Shown here piece by piece: positions 26,901 through 40,806 of a stretch of 64,000 nucleotides of DNA. The number at the start of each line of letters is the position of its first letter. The first letter of the stretch is position 1. Source of the stretch: Lama guanicoe (taxonomy: Eukaryota); NCBI GenBank assembly GCA_013239625.1, contig MU053629.1, positions 3,623,567 to 3,687,566 of the forward strand, in the 5' to 3' direction. Below the pieces are notes generated by a model. That model saw only the letters and a program-made list of their open reading frames with translations. It was not told the DNA's origin and ran no database searches. The translations under genes were made by a program, and so were the position numbers.

Positions 26901-28367
26901 TTGTCCTTTTTTACTGATTAAGCAAAGCTGAGCTAGTTGGAGCCCCCCAATGGAACCAAGAGATGTGGCTCCAGCCTGACTCTGTTGTAGGTAAAGTGCT
27001 TAATTCTGAGCCTGGCATGGAGGAGGTTAGGAATATTAGCTGATCAAGTAGAGAGAGTCTAGTTACTAACTAGACTGCAAACGATGGTGATGGGCAGGGA
27101 TGCCATAAATGTACTAGTGTCTAGGAGCCTGAAGGAGTTAAAGCTCCTCTCAAAATAGGCCAAGCAGCTCCCAGGAAGTAGCTTCCGAGGCAGGATGTGG
27201 CAAACCAGTGAGTAAATGAGAGCCGTACTCCTTTGGAAGAAAAGGAAGTGGGTGGGGAGAAGTGAAGAAGAAGGGCCTAGTGGACAGATCATTTTTATCT
27301 GCTGAAGCTTGAAGAGCATTGCTTCTCTTTTGAATGCCAAGCAGAGCCTGCAAAATTTTAACCCAAAGCGACCAAGGTCCAAAGAATGCTTAATAAGGCT
27401 GGTTTTGCAGTTGTCCTATTTTTCTCCACAGCTGGTAACTCAAGTTCAATGTGCAGTGGAGTATTGTCTTGGTAGATTTTGTTCTCTAATCTTGGTTTTT
27501 GGTGTACTCTTTGATGTTCTTTGCGGATTCACAGTGTGAGGCATCATCCAGTCACTCTTTTTTTTAACCAAGAGTGAGTTAGAAGAAAGATATTTTTGTT
27601 TGCTTGTTTGTTTGGTTTAGAAAAGTGTCTCTTTAATGTGTTTAGCTTTTTGTTTCAGAACACATTCTCACCCATTCTCTGTCCAGGTGCTCGTAACAGT
27701 TTTTTGTAATACAGGACAAGAGTATGCTTCCATCTTACTGTAGATGAAGAGATCTCGTTCAAGGTTAGATGACCAGTTACCAGCACAGTTGATGGAGGGC
27801 TCCAGACCTCCTGATTTCACGTTCAGGGTTATTTCCAGTCTTGTTATCTTTTGTTAAGAGCATGGTTATGTATTTGAGTGAGGCAAATTGACAGAGGGTG
27901 CAATTTTGCTGTAAAAATAGCCCTCAGGGATTCAGTAATGCATATATGAAATGAAATAGGTGAACTGAATTTAGTGAGCTTCAACATCACTGGAAGAGCA
28001 ACTATCATTTATAAACGTGTTGCATAGATAGCAATAATGTAAATCAGTGTTGGGTTTAGGAATTGGCTCCAGGACTATGGTTTGATATGAGAGAAACACT
28101 TCTGTCCTAACAATGAGCTGGTATGCATGATGAACTGGATTTGACTCTACTGTCAAAGGCTTCTTTGAGCCAGTCTTTGGAACAGGTAGTGAGAGGTTCA
28201 TTATCTAAAAAAGAAGTACCCAGTTGGCTTCCAAGGACCTGGAAAGCTAACTCAACAGTTTTTTGACGTCAGATTTCTACTTATGCTTTCTCTCAAGGAA
28301 GCCACTATCTCCTGAGTTATGCAGCCCTTCACTCTAATTCTATGAAGGTTTCAAACTAGAGATTTTT

Positions 28368-29345
28368 TAAAAATTGAAGTATAGTTGGTTTACAATATTG
28401 TGTTTTAGGTGCACAACATAGTGATTCAGTTTTTTTTTTGCTTTTGTATTTCATTATAAGTTATTACAAGATACTGGGTATAATTCCCTGTGCTATACAG
28501 TAAACCCTTGTTACTTATCTATTTTATGTATAGTAGTTTGAATCTGTTAATCCCATACTCCTAATTTGTCCGCTCCCCCTTTTTGGCAATCATAAATTTG
28601 TTTTCTATGTTTGTGAATCTGTTTCTGTTTTGTGTATAGACTCATTTGTATTTTTTAAATTGCACATATAAGTGATATCATATAGTGTTTGTCTTTATCT
28701 GACTTATTTCACTAAGCATTATATTCTCTTGGTTCATTCATGTTACTGCAGATGGCAATATTATTTTTTATGGCTGAATAGTATTCCATTGTTTTATATA
28801 CACATATTTACATACACACACACAAACAGCTTCTTTAATCATTCATCTGTTGATGGACACTTAAGTTGCACCCATATCTTAGCTATTGTAAATAGTGCTG
28901 CTATGAATATTGGGGGCATGTATCTTCTTGAATTAGAGTTTTCAGTTTTTTCCAGATATATACCCAGGAGTGGAATTGCTGGATCATATGGTAACTCTAT
29001 TTTTAGTTTTTAAAGAAATCTGCATACTGTTTTCCATAGTGAATGCGCCAATTAACATTCCCACCAGCAATGCACAAGGGTCCACTTTTCTCCACATCCT
29101 CTCCAGCATTTATTTGTAGATTTGATGATAGCCATTCTGACGGGTGTGAGGAGATACCGAATTGTAGTTTTGATTTGCATTTCTCTAAAATTAGTGATGT
29201 TGAATGTCTTTTCATGTGCTCTTAGTCATGTGTATGTCTTACTTGGAAAAATGTCTGTTTAGGTCTTCTGCCCATTTTTTGATTGGGCACTTTTGTATGA
29301 GCTGTTTGTTTATTTTGAATATTAGCCCCTTGGCGGTCCCATCCC
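28368..29345 (-). mobile_element. 5'-truncated L1 (3' UTR and ORF2 end)
   Basis: TTGAAGTATAGTTGGTTTACAATATTGTG start; ORF-track remnant 29003..29215(-) MKRHSTSLI resembles the L1 ORF2 C-terminus; TSD-like CAAACTAGA(G)ATTTTT at 28352 and 29346. Confidence 0.9.
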
Positions 29346-29597
29346 CAAACTAGAATTTTTGCACTTATCCAGAAGTCTGCTTTGCATGCATGAACACATT
29401 ATTGGTATATATGACCCCAAAACTGCATACTTAAATTGCATTCTGGTCAAATTGTGATATTCTGCATATATTTTAGATGTTTAAATATTAAAACAGATAT
29501 TCTTATGGCATGTTTTAGAAGCTGAGATGTCTGGCTGCTGTTATTTGCTGAACCCGAAACAGCATCCTGTGTCATTGTAGGCTGGCGAGCTAGGACC

Positions 29598-29925
29598 ATT
29601 TTTTTTTTTTTACTTATTTTTAATTGAGATGTAATTGACATATAATGTTGTGTACGTTTAAGGTATACAGTGTGCTGATTTGATACGTTTATGTATTGCA
29701 GTGTGATTACCACTTTAGCATTAGCTAATGCCTCTATCGTGTTGCATAATGATCATTTTTTTGTGTGTGGTGAGAACCTTAAGATCTAGTCTCTTAGCAA
29801 CTTTGAAGCATGTAACACAATATTGTTGACCATAATCACTATGGCTGTGCATTCTATCTGCAGAACTCATTCATCTTCTAACTGCAAGTTTAAACCCTGA
29901 CCAACATCTCCCCATTTTCTCCCCA
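29598..29925 (-). mobile_element. L1 3' end fragment (L1MA-like)
   Basis: Poly-T then TTGAGATGTAATTGACATATAATGTTGTG...GTGAGAACCTTAAGATCTAGTCTCTTAGCAAC; similar to the copy at 5968. Confidence 0.82.
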
Positions 29926-30348
29926 AACCTGATTCCTTAGCCCTTCATGATCCAGCCCCAGCTTACCCTCCAGCCTCATCTGGGTGCCCTCCTGGATGTA
30001 CCCATTCTGTGGCTGTTTGGAACGACCTGTAACTTTCAGTGCCCTTTTGTTCATGTCCATGCCCAAGTCTGGGTGGAGAGCTTTTCCCTGTGTTGCAGAA
30101 ATACCCTTCAGGACTAAACTTGGGCATTACGTTTTCTGACCTTCACTTTTGCTTCCTTGTCGTAGATGGAATTGTCTTTTTTCTGTTCCCATAGCTCCCT
30201 GTGCCTGCCTCACTTCCAGCATTGTGGTCGATCTTACCCTGTAGTCCTTGCTGTGCTTGTTGGTACCCTTCCCTGTGTTTGGCTTGCACCATGGCATCTC
30301 TCCCTGTGTCTGTCTCTCCCTGTCATCTCAATACCCCTGTCTCCCTGA

Positions 30349-30353
<5 letters not shown>

Positions 30354-30386
<33 letters not shown>
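30354..30386. repeat. (AC)16 microsatellite
   Basis: Read directly. Confidence 0.95.
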
Positions 30387-30388
<2 letters not shown>

Positions 30389-31225
30389 TTGCCAGGTGAG
30401 GGGGCAGGGACCTTGCCTTCCTCATCTGCACCTCCCTAGCCTCTAGCCTAGATAGTGCCTGTCACACAGTGGATGCTCCATAATGAATCTGCATTGCATC
30501 TTCACAGCTGTGGACATAAATGGGTGTAAGCTAGATGTCTGCTCCAGTTCCCTATGCCCTGCCCTCCTCTAGATTGGCCCAGTCCTGGGGGTTTACATTC
30601 TCATGGTCACTTTTGCTTCTTTGAGACTCACATTTCCCTTCCTGTGATTTCTTTCTTTTTGCTCTGTGTTGAACCAGCTTGGAATTTGGCCCCCTTTCCC
30701 TGGTTTCCATCAAACAGCAGTAAGAACAAAACATACACAAAGCTGTTTGTGTGGATGACAGACTGGGCTGAAGGTCTGGGGTAGGGAGCGTGTATTACAG
30801 CAAAAAGACAGCTTAGAATCCAGTGGTATTAGGTATCTTTGGTCCTAAATGACCTTTGCCACTCTGCCATGGTGCATCCTTTTCTTCCTCTCTTGCTACT
30901 TCACAGCCACTCCCAAAAGAAGTTTCTCCTGTTTTATTGTGCAACATATTTCAGCTCTCCAGCTCCACCTCTGCGTGTTGTTTTAGGACTGCTTCTGCCT
31001 ATGCCAAGGCTCAGGAGCAGGCCTTTCTAAACTGTGGGCCAGCCTTCTGGTCCTCCATGTATTCTCCACTCTGGGGGAGTTTGTTAGCACAGTTATTTCC
31101 CCATTCTCTACCTTCTTTCAGAAGACAAGCACTATCAGTTTTGGTTTTAATTAAATTTCATTCGGTCTGGTCCATGATATTACTTATACTAACTAGGTTT
31201 TGACCCTACTGGGCCAGCTGCTCTT

Positions 31226-32314
31226 TTCTTATTTTAATTGAATTATAATTGGCTTGCAATGTTGTGTTAGTTTCTGGTGTACAGCAAACTGGTTTAGTTA
31301 TATACATATATTTTTTCCTTTTTCAGATTCATTTCCATAATAGCTTATTGCAATGTATTGAATATAGTTTGCTGTGCTATACAGTAGGACCTTGTTGTTT
31401 ATCTGTTTTATATACAGTAGTTTGTATCTGCTAATCCCAAACTCTTAATTTATCCCTTCCCCTCCCCTTTCTCTTTTGATAACCATAAGTTTGTTTTCTG
31501 TCTATAAGTCTATTTCTAGTTTGTAAATACATTCCTTTGTGTCATTTTTTAGATTCCACATGTAAGTGAAATCATATGATATTTGTCCTTCTCTGACTTC
31601 ACTTAATATGATAATTTTTTGGTCCATCCATGTTGCTGCAAATGGCATTATTTCATTCTTTTTTATGGCTGAGTGATATTCCATTGTATGTGTATACCAT
31701 GTCTTCTTTATCCAACTGTCAGTGGACATGAGGGAGTGTTCTAACTTCATTGATTTACATGTGGCTGTTCAACTTTCCCAACACCACTTGCCAAAGAGAC
31801 TGTCTTTTTTCCATTATATATTCTTGCCTGCTTTGTCGAAGATTAATTGACCATAGATGTGTAAGTTTATTTCTGGACTCTGTTCTGTTCCATTGATCCA
31901 TATGTCTGTTTTTGTGCCAGTACCATTCTGTCATGATTACTGTATCTTTGTAGTATTATCTGAAGTCTTGGGAGGGTTATGCCTCCTGCTTTGTTCTTTT
32001 TCCTCAGGATTGCTTTAGCAGTTTTGAGCCTTTTATTTATTTGTTTATTTGTTTTTGTTTTTTTGGGTGGAGGTAATTATGTTTATTTATTTTATCTATT
32101 TATTTTTTAATGAAGGTACTCGGAATTGAACCCAGGACCTTGTGCATGCTAGGCATGTACTCTACCACTGAGCTATACCCTCCCCCAATTTTTGAGTCTT
32201 TTATGGTTCCATATAAATTTTACGATTATTTGTTCTAGTTCTATTAAAAAAAAGTCATGGGTAATTTGGTAGGGATCACATTAAATCTGCAGATTGCTTT
32301 GGGTAGTATGACCA
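31226..32314 (-). mobile_element. 5'-truncated L1 with an internal deletion and a nested SINE
   Basis: ORF2 C-terminal remnant WIKKTWYTHTMEYHSAIKKNEIMPFAATWM (ORF 31502..31750 -); flanking GGCCAGCTGCTCTT (31212-31225) and GGCCAACCGCTCTT (32315-32328) look like a TSD. Confidence 0.88.
32036..32186 (-). mobile_element. tRNA-derived SINE, Vic-1-like, nested inside an L1
   Basis: Reverse complement reads GGGGAGGGTATAGCTCAGTGGTAGAGTACATGCCTAGCATGCACAAGGTCCTGGGTTCAATTCC; TSD-like TTTTGAG(C/T)CTTTTAT on both sides. Confidence 0.88.
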
Positions 32315-35300
32315 GGCCAACCGCTCTTAACTGGAGAGCCTGACTAGTAGCTTTTCACACCCTAGTCTAGGAGGTTGAATGCCTAAGTGAGCACTTGTAT
32401 GGGCTGCTAGCCCTGATCCTGAGATAATGATTCCCTGAGAGTCGCTAGAGAGTTCTCCAGAGGTGAACTCAGAGGTGAGATTTCCTGACCCCTCTTGTGT
32501 GTACTTTGGGCAAGGAGAAGGGTCTAGCTGTCACAAACATGTTGTTTGTGTATTTAAGGGGGTAAACAGGTTTGTAGAACTGAAGATTTCTCTATGTGGA
32601 TTAGAATTGGAGACGTGTTTTGAGTGTTGTGTTTCTTCTGACTGAGTCTTCCTGCTGTTGTGCTTCTGGGCACAGGCAGCTGATCTTCTTGCCCTGGGGA
32701 CTCAGCTGTCCTCATGATTCTGGGTTATTAGGTCTTAGATTATGGTCACATTGGGTCCTTTCTTTGAAGAGCAACCTGCTCCTCTGATTCACAGAGCAGC
32801 AGACCATTATTACTCAGGGAGTTTCTTAAAGGTCTTTCTCTAGAACATGAATGAGTGGGGTCAAATACATCATCTTAATAAGGCCTCAGTACACCAGCTT
32901 GTCCTTCCAGGAAGTCAGCCACTCCTCTTCTGTGGCCACCACCAGACCCAGGGCTAACTTTGTTTTTCTGATGATGACCGCACATTTATTGGGTTTTCTC
33001 TCTGGGTTGTCTTTGGTGCTTTCTTCCTTTCAACACTTCCTGCCCGCTTCTCTCCACCCTTCACTCCCTTAGTAGTGCCCTGGCTCTCTTATGGCCCCCA
33101 GAGTATTTATTGCTTCTACAGTGTGCTTCATGTGGGCAGTGTCCTATCCCTTCACTTCCCTCCCTAATTGAAATGTATCAGCCATGGATATTCCTCTGAA
33201 AGGAGTGTCTTTTTGGGTCGGTTTAATTTACTGTCCTCCCAGGGATTTTACCTTCCAGCAGAACATGATTCTTACCTCAAAGGAATAAGTCACTACAGGG
33301 TAAATGCCTGGTATTCAGGATGAGCTAGTGGGAAGTTTGTTTGAAGGACAGGAGCTCTTTGGCATGGTGTGGAGAAAAGATCAAGCTTTGGAATTCCAAC
33401 CCTAACCTTGAGTAAGTTACTTAACTACTGGCCTCCCTTTCCATATCTGTAAAATGGGAACAACATACCTATTTTAAAATGTTGTGAGGATTAAATGAGG
33501 TAATGAGTGTACTATGGCTAGCAATTAGGAAGCTCGTATCTTAACTGCATCTAAATTTTCATTCTTTATCAGACTGTCATATCCCTCTTTTGTCCCTGTT
33601 AAGTAAAGATGATACATTCCTTTTTGTCCTCTGTTTTCTGATCTTTTTTTTTTTCTCTTCCTCCAAACTCCTTTACTTTTTTCTTTCTTTTTTGTACTTC
33701 TACAGAAGACTGATCCTTTAGGACTAATACGAAACAGATTTTGTCCACTGAGATAGGAGGAACCATAGGCTGTCAGTTCTTTCAAGCAACAATGTGACAC
33801 CCCCTCTCTGATTCAGGATATTGTTCAATATTTAAGAAAAGTCTATGTGAGTGGGTGGTCCTACCACTCCAGAGGTTCCTCTGTGTGTGTGTGTTCTTCA
33901 GCGTGTCTGTCTGTAGAAACATGCTGTGGGAAGGTAATTTATATGATTTCAGAGGGCTCTTTGATACAAGGTGTGAGTTGGGGTTTTTTGGTTTTTGTTT
34001 TTTTAAAGGATAGGAGTACGTGATTCTTATTTGTCTCTTTAATTAAACCTATCCTCTTGACTTTTAAAAACATTTGTTTATTGGCTTGGAAGCTACTTGA
34101 TTTAAAATGAAATTAAAGACAAACACTTGTTGCAATTCTCATTTACTAATTTTTTTTTACTTTTATGTTGTATTTCCCAATACTCTTTGCTTTTAATATT
34201 CTTAATCCCAGTTCTATAGCATTGTCCACAGAGTAGACCCTACTAGAATGCTCTTCCTCCTTTCTTGCTATCTAAATTTTATATATTGTTTTCTAGACCA
34301 ATTCAGGTCTCAAAATCCTGCAGATCTTACTCTGATTGACTCCAGCATATCCTGAACTACAGAGCCATCTGCGTCCTAGGCCCCTTGTGAGAATTAGGGG
34401 ACCTGTGATCTTTGCTTCAGTCTTTTTAGGGAGTAGGAGTGAAACCAATTAAAGGCAATAAAGGTAGTGTTTAACTTCACTGTGCATTTTTTCTAGATAA
34501 CTTATTTATTGCATGAAAACATGAAAATGCAGGAATTTTCATCAGTAAAATGGGGCTAACCGTGGAAATTACATCATGGTGGTTTTAGGAGATTAAAGGA
34601 GCCCGTCTGTATTTAGCCAGAGTACCTGGTACACAGCAGGTATTCAGTGAATCAGTAGCAAGTACTGTCAAATTAAATGTTATTCTTACTGACCCATAAT
34701 TATTCTACAACATAATAATATTAAATACTTGTTTATCACTTTTGGTGATTCCAACTTTTTTTTTTCACATTGTGCTGTCATTTAATCTCCACAGTCATCT
34801 GTTATTTGCTTAAATTACATCACTGTCTTAAACTGCCCTTAGCTGTCTGTATTCCTTTCACTATTTCTCTAAGAGCCTTGTAAGTGTCAAAATGCATGGA
34901 TTCTCAGAGAAGAGCTAGGAAGATGAAACGATTTAGTTCCAAAGGAAAAAGCAATGAGGATGAGATAACTGTCAGTGGGGTTTATATGTGGACAGGAAGT
35001 AATGACTAGGCTCTCTAGCCACGTAGCATGGGGAGCCAACCACGGTGCTTGCAGACATTTATGGCACTGGTACTTAGCTGCAGAGTTCTAGCCTTAGAAT
35101 ACTACAGGAAGAATCGGATATCAGAATCAGAGACTTTTAGCCCTGAAAAGTACTTCAAAGACCACTTAGCTTAACTCCTGTGTTTTATTTATGAGAAAAT
35201 TTGATGGGAAGTTATTTGCACAAGTTCACAGACTGCGTAACAGAGTTGAACCCAGCGTTTCTGACTCCCAAAGCCTTCACACCTGTTGCTCAAGAACAGA

Positions 35301-36039
35301 GTATCTGGCAGCCACGTGCATGTTTTTCTTCTTTCTAGTAGTTGCATGTGGCGTTGTCAAAGACCAGTTCTTTGCTGACCCAGAAGCAGCAGATTTCCTG
35401 TGTATGTCTCTCATCCTGGAAGTGGGTCTGGGGGCTGCTTTCAAGAACAATAACTGAATTTCTTACCTACACATCTGTCAGCAAGCAGAGACAAGATGTG
35501 AGCAGCCAGCATCAAGGAAAAGAAAAAAAATTCCTCTGCTAAATTCAGTGAAGCATATTGTGAACCACGTAAGAATGGCTGTACTGAAGCATGGCTTTCC
35601 ATAGCTGCTTAAAAATTTAAGCCCAAAACTGGGCTCAATACCAGCAAGGAGAGGTCTACAGAGGTCTGCTGTTGCTGGAGGAGGTAGAGGAAACTCTTCT
35701 GCCCACGAACTGCCACAGATACGAGGTAGAGCTTGGCTGCCATGGAGAGGAGGGGAAGTACGTGCTCACAGGGCTGCTTAAGGCTGAGGCTGAACAAGAG
35801 CTAGCTTCTTTACCCTCACCACAAGCCTGGCGCTAAATAGAAAACAATTGCAGTCTGCCCCTGGAGGGAGGGGCATGAGCATGGAGAAGGACTCCATTCT
35901 GTGGCCAGGCATTAAGGGATAGTTAAAAACTGGGGGAGGAGTAGGAACACTGAGAAGAAAACCTATGCAGCTCAAGCTTCACACTGAGCATGTGTTATGA
36001 CCCTTTTCTGGAGAAATTTGTAGCCTGTGGCTTTAATAT

Positions 36040-36620
36040 TAGCAAGAAAACCCAACTCAGCTCAACTTCTGACTAATAGCCTAATGCACACTAACGCTGT
36101 GACAGAAGAATGTGTCCATTGCCAAGCATACAGACAGTTTACCTCAGTCTCTTCTTCTGTCATAATGTCCAGCATTTTATCAAAAATTACAAGACACAAA
36201 AATCAAGAGAGAGAAAAAACAACCTGTTAGCAAGAGAGAAGATAATCAACAGAGCCAGACTTAAGATGACCCAGATGTTGGGATTATCAGACAGGGGCTT
36301 TAAATAACCATGATTTATGTCTTAAAGGTATGCAGCATACACAAACAAATGAGGAACTGCAGAGGAGATGGAAACTAAAAATAGGTTCAAGTAGAAATGT
36401 TGGCAGTTTCAAAGAATGTGACATCACAGGTCAGCAGGCTCATCAGACTGGACAGAACGGAGGAAAGAATCAGTGACCCTGAAGAGTAGGTTAGTAGAAA
36501 TTATCCCAGCTGAAACTTAAAGGGAAAAAAAAGAATAAAAGGAAATCAGAAATACAACAATAAATAAATTTTAAAAATACATTTAAAAAAAAAAAAGGAA
36601 ATCAGAACCCAGCTTCCAAG
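36040..36620 (+). mobile_element. Old L1 5'/ORF1-region fragment
   Basis: AAAATTACAAGACAC...GATGACCCAGATGTTGGGATTATCAGACAGGGGCTTTAAA...CAGACTGGACAGAACGGAGGAAAGAATCAGTGACCCTGAAGA. Confidence 0.65.
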
Positions 36621-36689
36621 ATTGATTGATCAATTTGTCTGTTTGTCAAGAGATATTGAGACTGACGGAGAAAGAGGAGACAGACACCT

Positions 36690-37056
36690 ACTGGGACTTT
36701 TTAAGGAACTGGCTTATGCGATTGTGGAAGCCTGTTAAATTCATAATCTCCAGGGTATGCTGGCAGGCTGGAGACCCATGGAGGAGTTGCACTTTGAGTC
36801 CAAAGACAGTCTGCCAGAAGAATTCCTCCTTCTTTAGGGAAGTCAGCTTTGTTCTAGTAAGGCCTTCAGCTGATTAGGTAAGGCCCACTCATATCATGGA
36901 GAATAATCTGCTTTTCTCAAAGTCTGCCAATTTAAATGTTAATCTCATTCCCCCTCCCCTCAAAAAGAACATTTTCATAGAAACATCCAGAATAATGTTT
37001 GACCATATATCATGGCAGTGTGGCCCAGTCAAGTTGACATATAAAATTAACCATCA
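36690..37056 (-). mobile_element. MLT2-type (ERVL) LTR
   Basis: AAGGAACTGGCTTATGCGATTGTGG...GGCCTTCAGCTGATTAGG...CATCCAGAATAATGTTTGACCA...GCCCAGTCAAGTTGACATATAAAATTAACCATCA. Confidence 0.85.
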
Positions 37057-39879
37057 TATGCCCCCTTTTAGTACCCTCCCCCACCAAAGGGTGATGATCA
37101 CTTTTTAACAGCATAGGTTAGTTTTGAATTTTATATAAATGGAATGACACAGTATGTATTCTTTTGCATCTGGTCTCTTTCACAGAGCCTGTGTACAGAA
37201 TCCTAGAATTTTATTGCCTAGTTAACCAGCCCTTCTCAGCCTATAGGATTCAGCTGTGGGAGGGTCTAAGCCCCTCTCCATCATGTTGTCTGAGTCTGGC
37301 TCTAGTTGGCACATCTAAACTCTTAACAGATGGGCTGGTCTAAGTTGGAGTCCGGAAGTTGGTAAACTGTGCCTTTGGCCCCTTGCCTTCCTCATTCAGG
37401 CCCATTCTCCTTTCCTCTCTTACTGCTCTTTGTCACCCCTCCCATCCCCTGCTGTCCATGGTTTGACCCCTGATGCTAGTTCTCTTTTTCCTCACACCCC
37501 TCCACCCCAGTTGAAGCTCCTCAGCCCCTCAACCTGAACACACCCTCAGCCTTACTCTGCACCTCCTCAGCTGGCCGGCACACTGACAAACTTCCTTACA
37601 CATCTAGTCAACTCACCCCTGCCTCCTCCCTGTATACTTCTTTTGTAGTTGTGGAAACTGAGGACCAGGAGGGGAGGTAACTCCCAAGATCTCTCAGCTG
37701 GGGAATGGTATAGGGTGCAGATAGCAAGGGGTTGCGGCCTTAGTCTCTGGGTGCTGTTCCCTCTTAGCTTGGGTCTTTCCCTTTCCTTCTCTCTCCCTTC
37801 CCTGACCTACTTGCCAAATGCCACAAGGAAGGGAGAACTTCACAACGCCTCGGCTCTCTGGTGAGGACACCGACCTTCCAGCACAGTGATTGGTTATCAT
37901 CCTCTGCTCATCCCTCTGTGCCTTCTCCTGGAGGAAGAGGGCCTGCCACCTACAGCAGCCTTGCTCAGGTTGGCAACGGACAGCTGGCTGATGTTTGACA
38001 TGCATTTGTGCCCATTTCTATTTGGTGAATGGCAGTTTGAAGACCCCATTCCTTGGTCTGGACGTCACCTCCCTGCCCCTTCAGTCATTCCTTTGGGTCA
38101 GCTTCCCATTGCAGTGACCACCCGGGTTGGAAGTGGCAACATGGGGCCTTGAAAGGAGCTCTGTTTCAGGAGTTGGGAGATCTGCCACCAGTAAGCTGTG
38201 TGACCTTGTCCTCTCTGGACCTCCGTTGCTTCACTTGTAAAATGGGTTGGGTCAGGTGGTCTTTGAGGTCCCGCCCTGTGCTACATGTTATACTGCTTCT
38301 TGACTTGAACCACTGAGCCACAAATGAAAGAGTCCAGCTGTGGGAGTGCAGTTAGGCTTAGCAGATGGCTGAGATGAGAGGGAAGGAGATGTTCTTGCCC
38401 ACAGCATCATCCTTTCCCCACCCACTTCATTGTGCCTTCCTGGTGTTTTCAGAACACAAATGACAACCCTTGTTTTTCTCCAAGTTCCTTCTTTTTCCTC
38501 TCTGTTCCTATTTCAAGCCTATTATCTGCTTGTATCTGGATGAACTTGTGTTTACTGTGAGACAGCCCTGGTGCAGAATTCACGTTACAGTGTGTCGTTC
38601 CCTCTGTGCCGTGGGGAGTGTGGCGGGAGTCAGAGCCATCACAGCTGGTCCCTGGAGAGGGCCGTGTGTGTCAGAGATGTATTGTGCTGGGCTCTTTTCT
38701 TTTCTCTAGTTTCTTTTCTCAGTCCCTAGATCTGATTTTTCTGATTTCAGTTAAAACCAAAGAGTGTGAAGGAGGCCAGTTCTTGCCCTCTGAGTTTTGG
38801 AGATCAGTGGTGTGGTTGAGAGGAGGGGCCCTTCCTCTCTCCTGTGTGTGAAGCGTTTCGCCTTGGGAGGGTGGAAGTGAGCCTCGCTGGACACCACCCA
38901 CTCCCTGTGCAGGAGGAAGCAGTACTGAATACTGATATGTTGATTGATTTTTTTTTAATGAGTCATGAAAGTCGTTTTGATGCCATGATTTTCCTTTCAC
39001 CTTCAGATAGAAATCTTTGCCTTTCATTTTCTGAAACAGTGTTTTGAAAACTGTTAGAGGCTTTTAATACTTATTAAATTACAGGAAAGACAGTAATTCC
39101 TGCATCCTGCTGTTGTTGCTCTGGCTCTTCCTTGTCCAGCCCGCTCCCACTCACCCTAATGTTTGTGTAGAAATGTGTTAAAATTCCAGTGTTTCTTCCC
39201 ATAAATTTTCTGTTTGATCTTCTCCTGGTGAAGTAAGCATCTTGTTACTCAATTTTACCAAACAGAAAACTGGGATGCGTCAAGTGAAGTGACTTGTCCA
39301 CGGCCCCACAGCTAGCTGACGACTAATTCGGTGGAAGAATCCTGGGTTCCTGATTACTAACAACTTGTCAATTTGGCAGCACTGTTTCACCCCCAGTCTT
39401 TTGGAAAGTGTCGCCACTGCAGCTTATAGTGCTTGCCATGTCTCTTCTCTCCCTGGCTCCACCCTTCTGAAAGCACAAATCAGAAGCCGGTTCCTTAGCC
39501 AGTGGGGTAGGCGGTTAGACCACAGAGCATAGGATGGAAAGGTGGGAGGAAGGTGGCACAGAGCCCAGACTTGGTTTTCCTTCCTGAAGGTGGGAGAATT
39601 CCTTATTTCTGCAGGGAGTCAAAAAATGAGCAGAGTCAGCATCCCTCCCCCCTCCCCCCCGCCTTCCCAGGGTGTGGTTTCCTGTGGCCAGTGTTACCTG
39701 CAAGGCAGTGTTCAGACTGATTGATACACAGGAGAGACAGGATCGCATCTGGGGCAGAAAACTTCATGTAGGTACACCATCTTCATGGCTGAGCCCTGGT
39801 GTGTTGCATGCCCCACACTTGGATCTTACCCATGTTTGCAAGTTGCCTCCCTTGAAAGTATTGAACTCTTTGAAGAGGT

Positions 39880-40055
39880 AATACAGCATTGTGATTAAGG
39901 TTAGACTTTCTCTCTGCCCAGGTTTGAATCCTTGCTCTACCACTATGTGACCTTAGACAAATTACTTCACCTGTCTGTGCTTGAAGTTGCTGTCTGTTGT
40001 ATTTGTAAGGTTGTGAATTAAATGCATTAATATGTATAAAACACTGAAAAGAGTT
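39880..40055 (+). mobile_element. MIR SINE
   Basis: GGTTTGAATCCTTGCTCTACCACTATGTGACCTTAGACAAATTACTTCACCTGTCTGTGC. Confidence 0.72.
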
Positions 40056-40436
40056 CACAGTGTTGTGAGGAGAGTAATTGCCACTCCATCTAACCCCCTT
40101 CCCTCTCTTCCTCATACATGCTCAGTGTGTGTGTGGGGGGTGTGTGTGTGTGAGTGTGACAGGATCTTTCGGAGTCTCATTTCCAGCCAGACTGCTGAAC
40201 CCTCCAGGCAACTGTAACCTCGTCCAAGTTTTAGCTGTGGGGTCTGTCTGCATTTGACATGTGTTTCTAAATGTTGTCATCCATGGGCTCCTTTGTGGAG
40301 AGACTTCAGAGAAAGGAAACCAGCAGGTGTGCACTGTGCACTCACACCACACTTGTTCCGGTCCCCATGCTTGAGGGACTGGGGGCCGCAGGGAGACTGA
40401 GTCGAGCCTTTTAGCAGAATGAGAATGTTGACCAGC

Positions 40437-40806
40437 TGTCTTAGTCTGCTTGGGCTTCATAACAAAACACCAGGGACTGGGTGGTTTAAACAACTGAAAT
40501 TAATTTGCTCCTCGTTCTGGGGGCTTCTGTTCTAAGCTGGGGGTGCCAGCGTGGTTGGGTTTGGGTGAGGCCTCTCCTCCTGGCTTGCAGCCAGCTACCT
40601 TCTTGCCGTGTCCTCACATGGAATGTGGGGAGGGAAGACCACCTCTCTCACAAGGCCAACAGTCCTGTCTGATTAGGACTCTACCCATATGACCTTACTT
40701 CACCTTAATTACCTCCTAAAAATCCTATCTCTAAGCATAGTCACAGTGGGGGTTACATTCATAGTTACATGTGAATTGGGGGAGGGGCACAGTTTAGTCC
40801 ATGGCA
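40437..40806. mobile_element. MLT1-type (MaLR) solo LTR
   Basis: TGTCTTAGTCTGCTTGGGCT...ACTGGGTGGTTTAAACAAC...GTGTCCTCACATGG...CCTTAATTACCTCCTAAAA...TTTAGTCCATGGCA; TG...CA termini. Confidence 0.85.
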
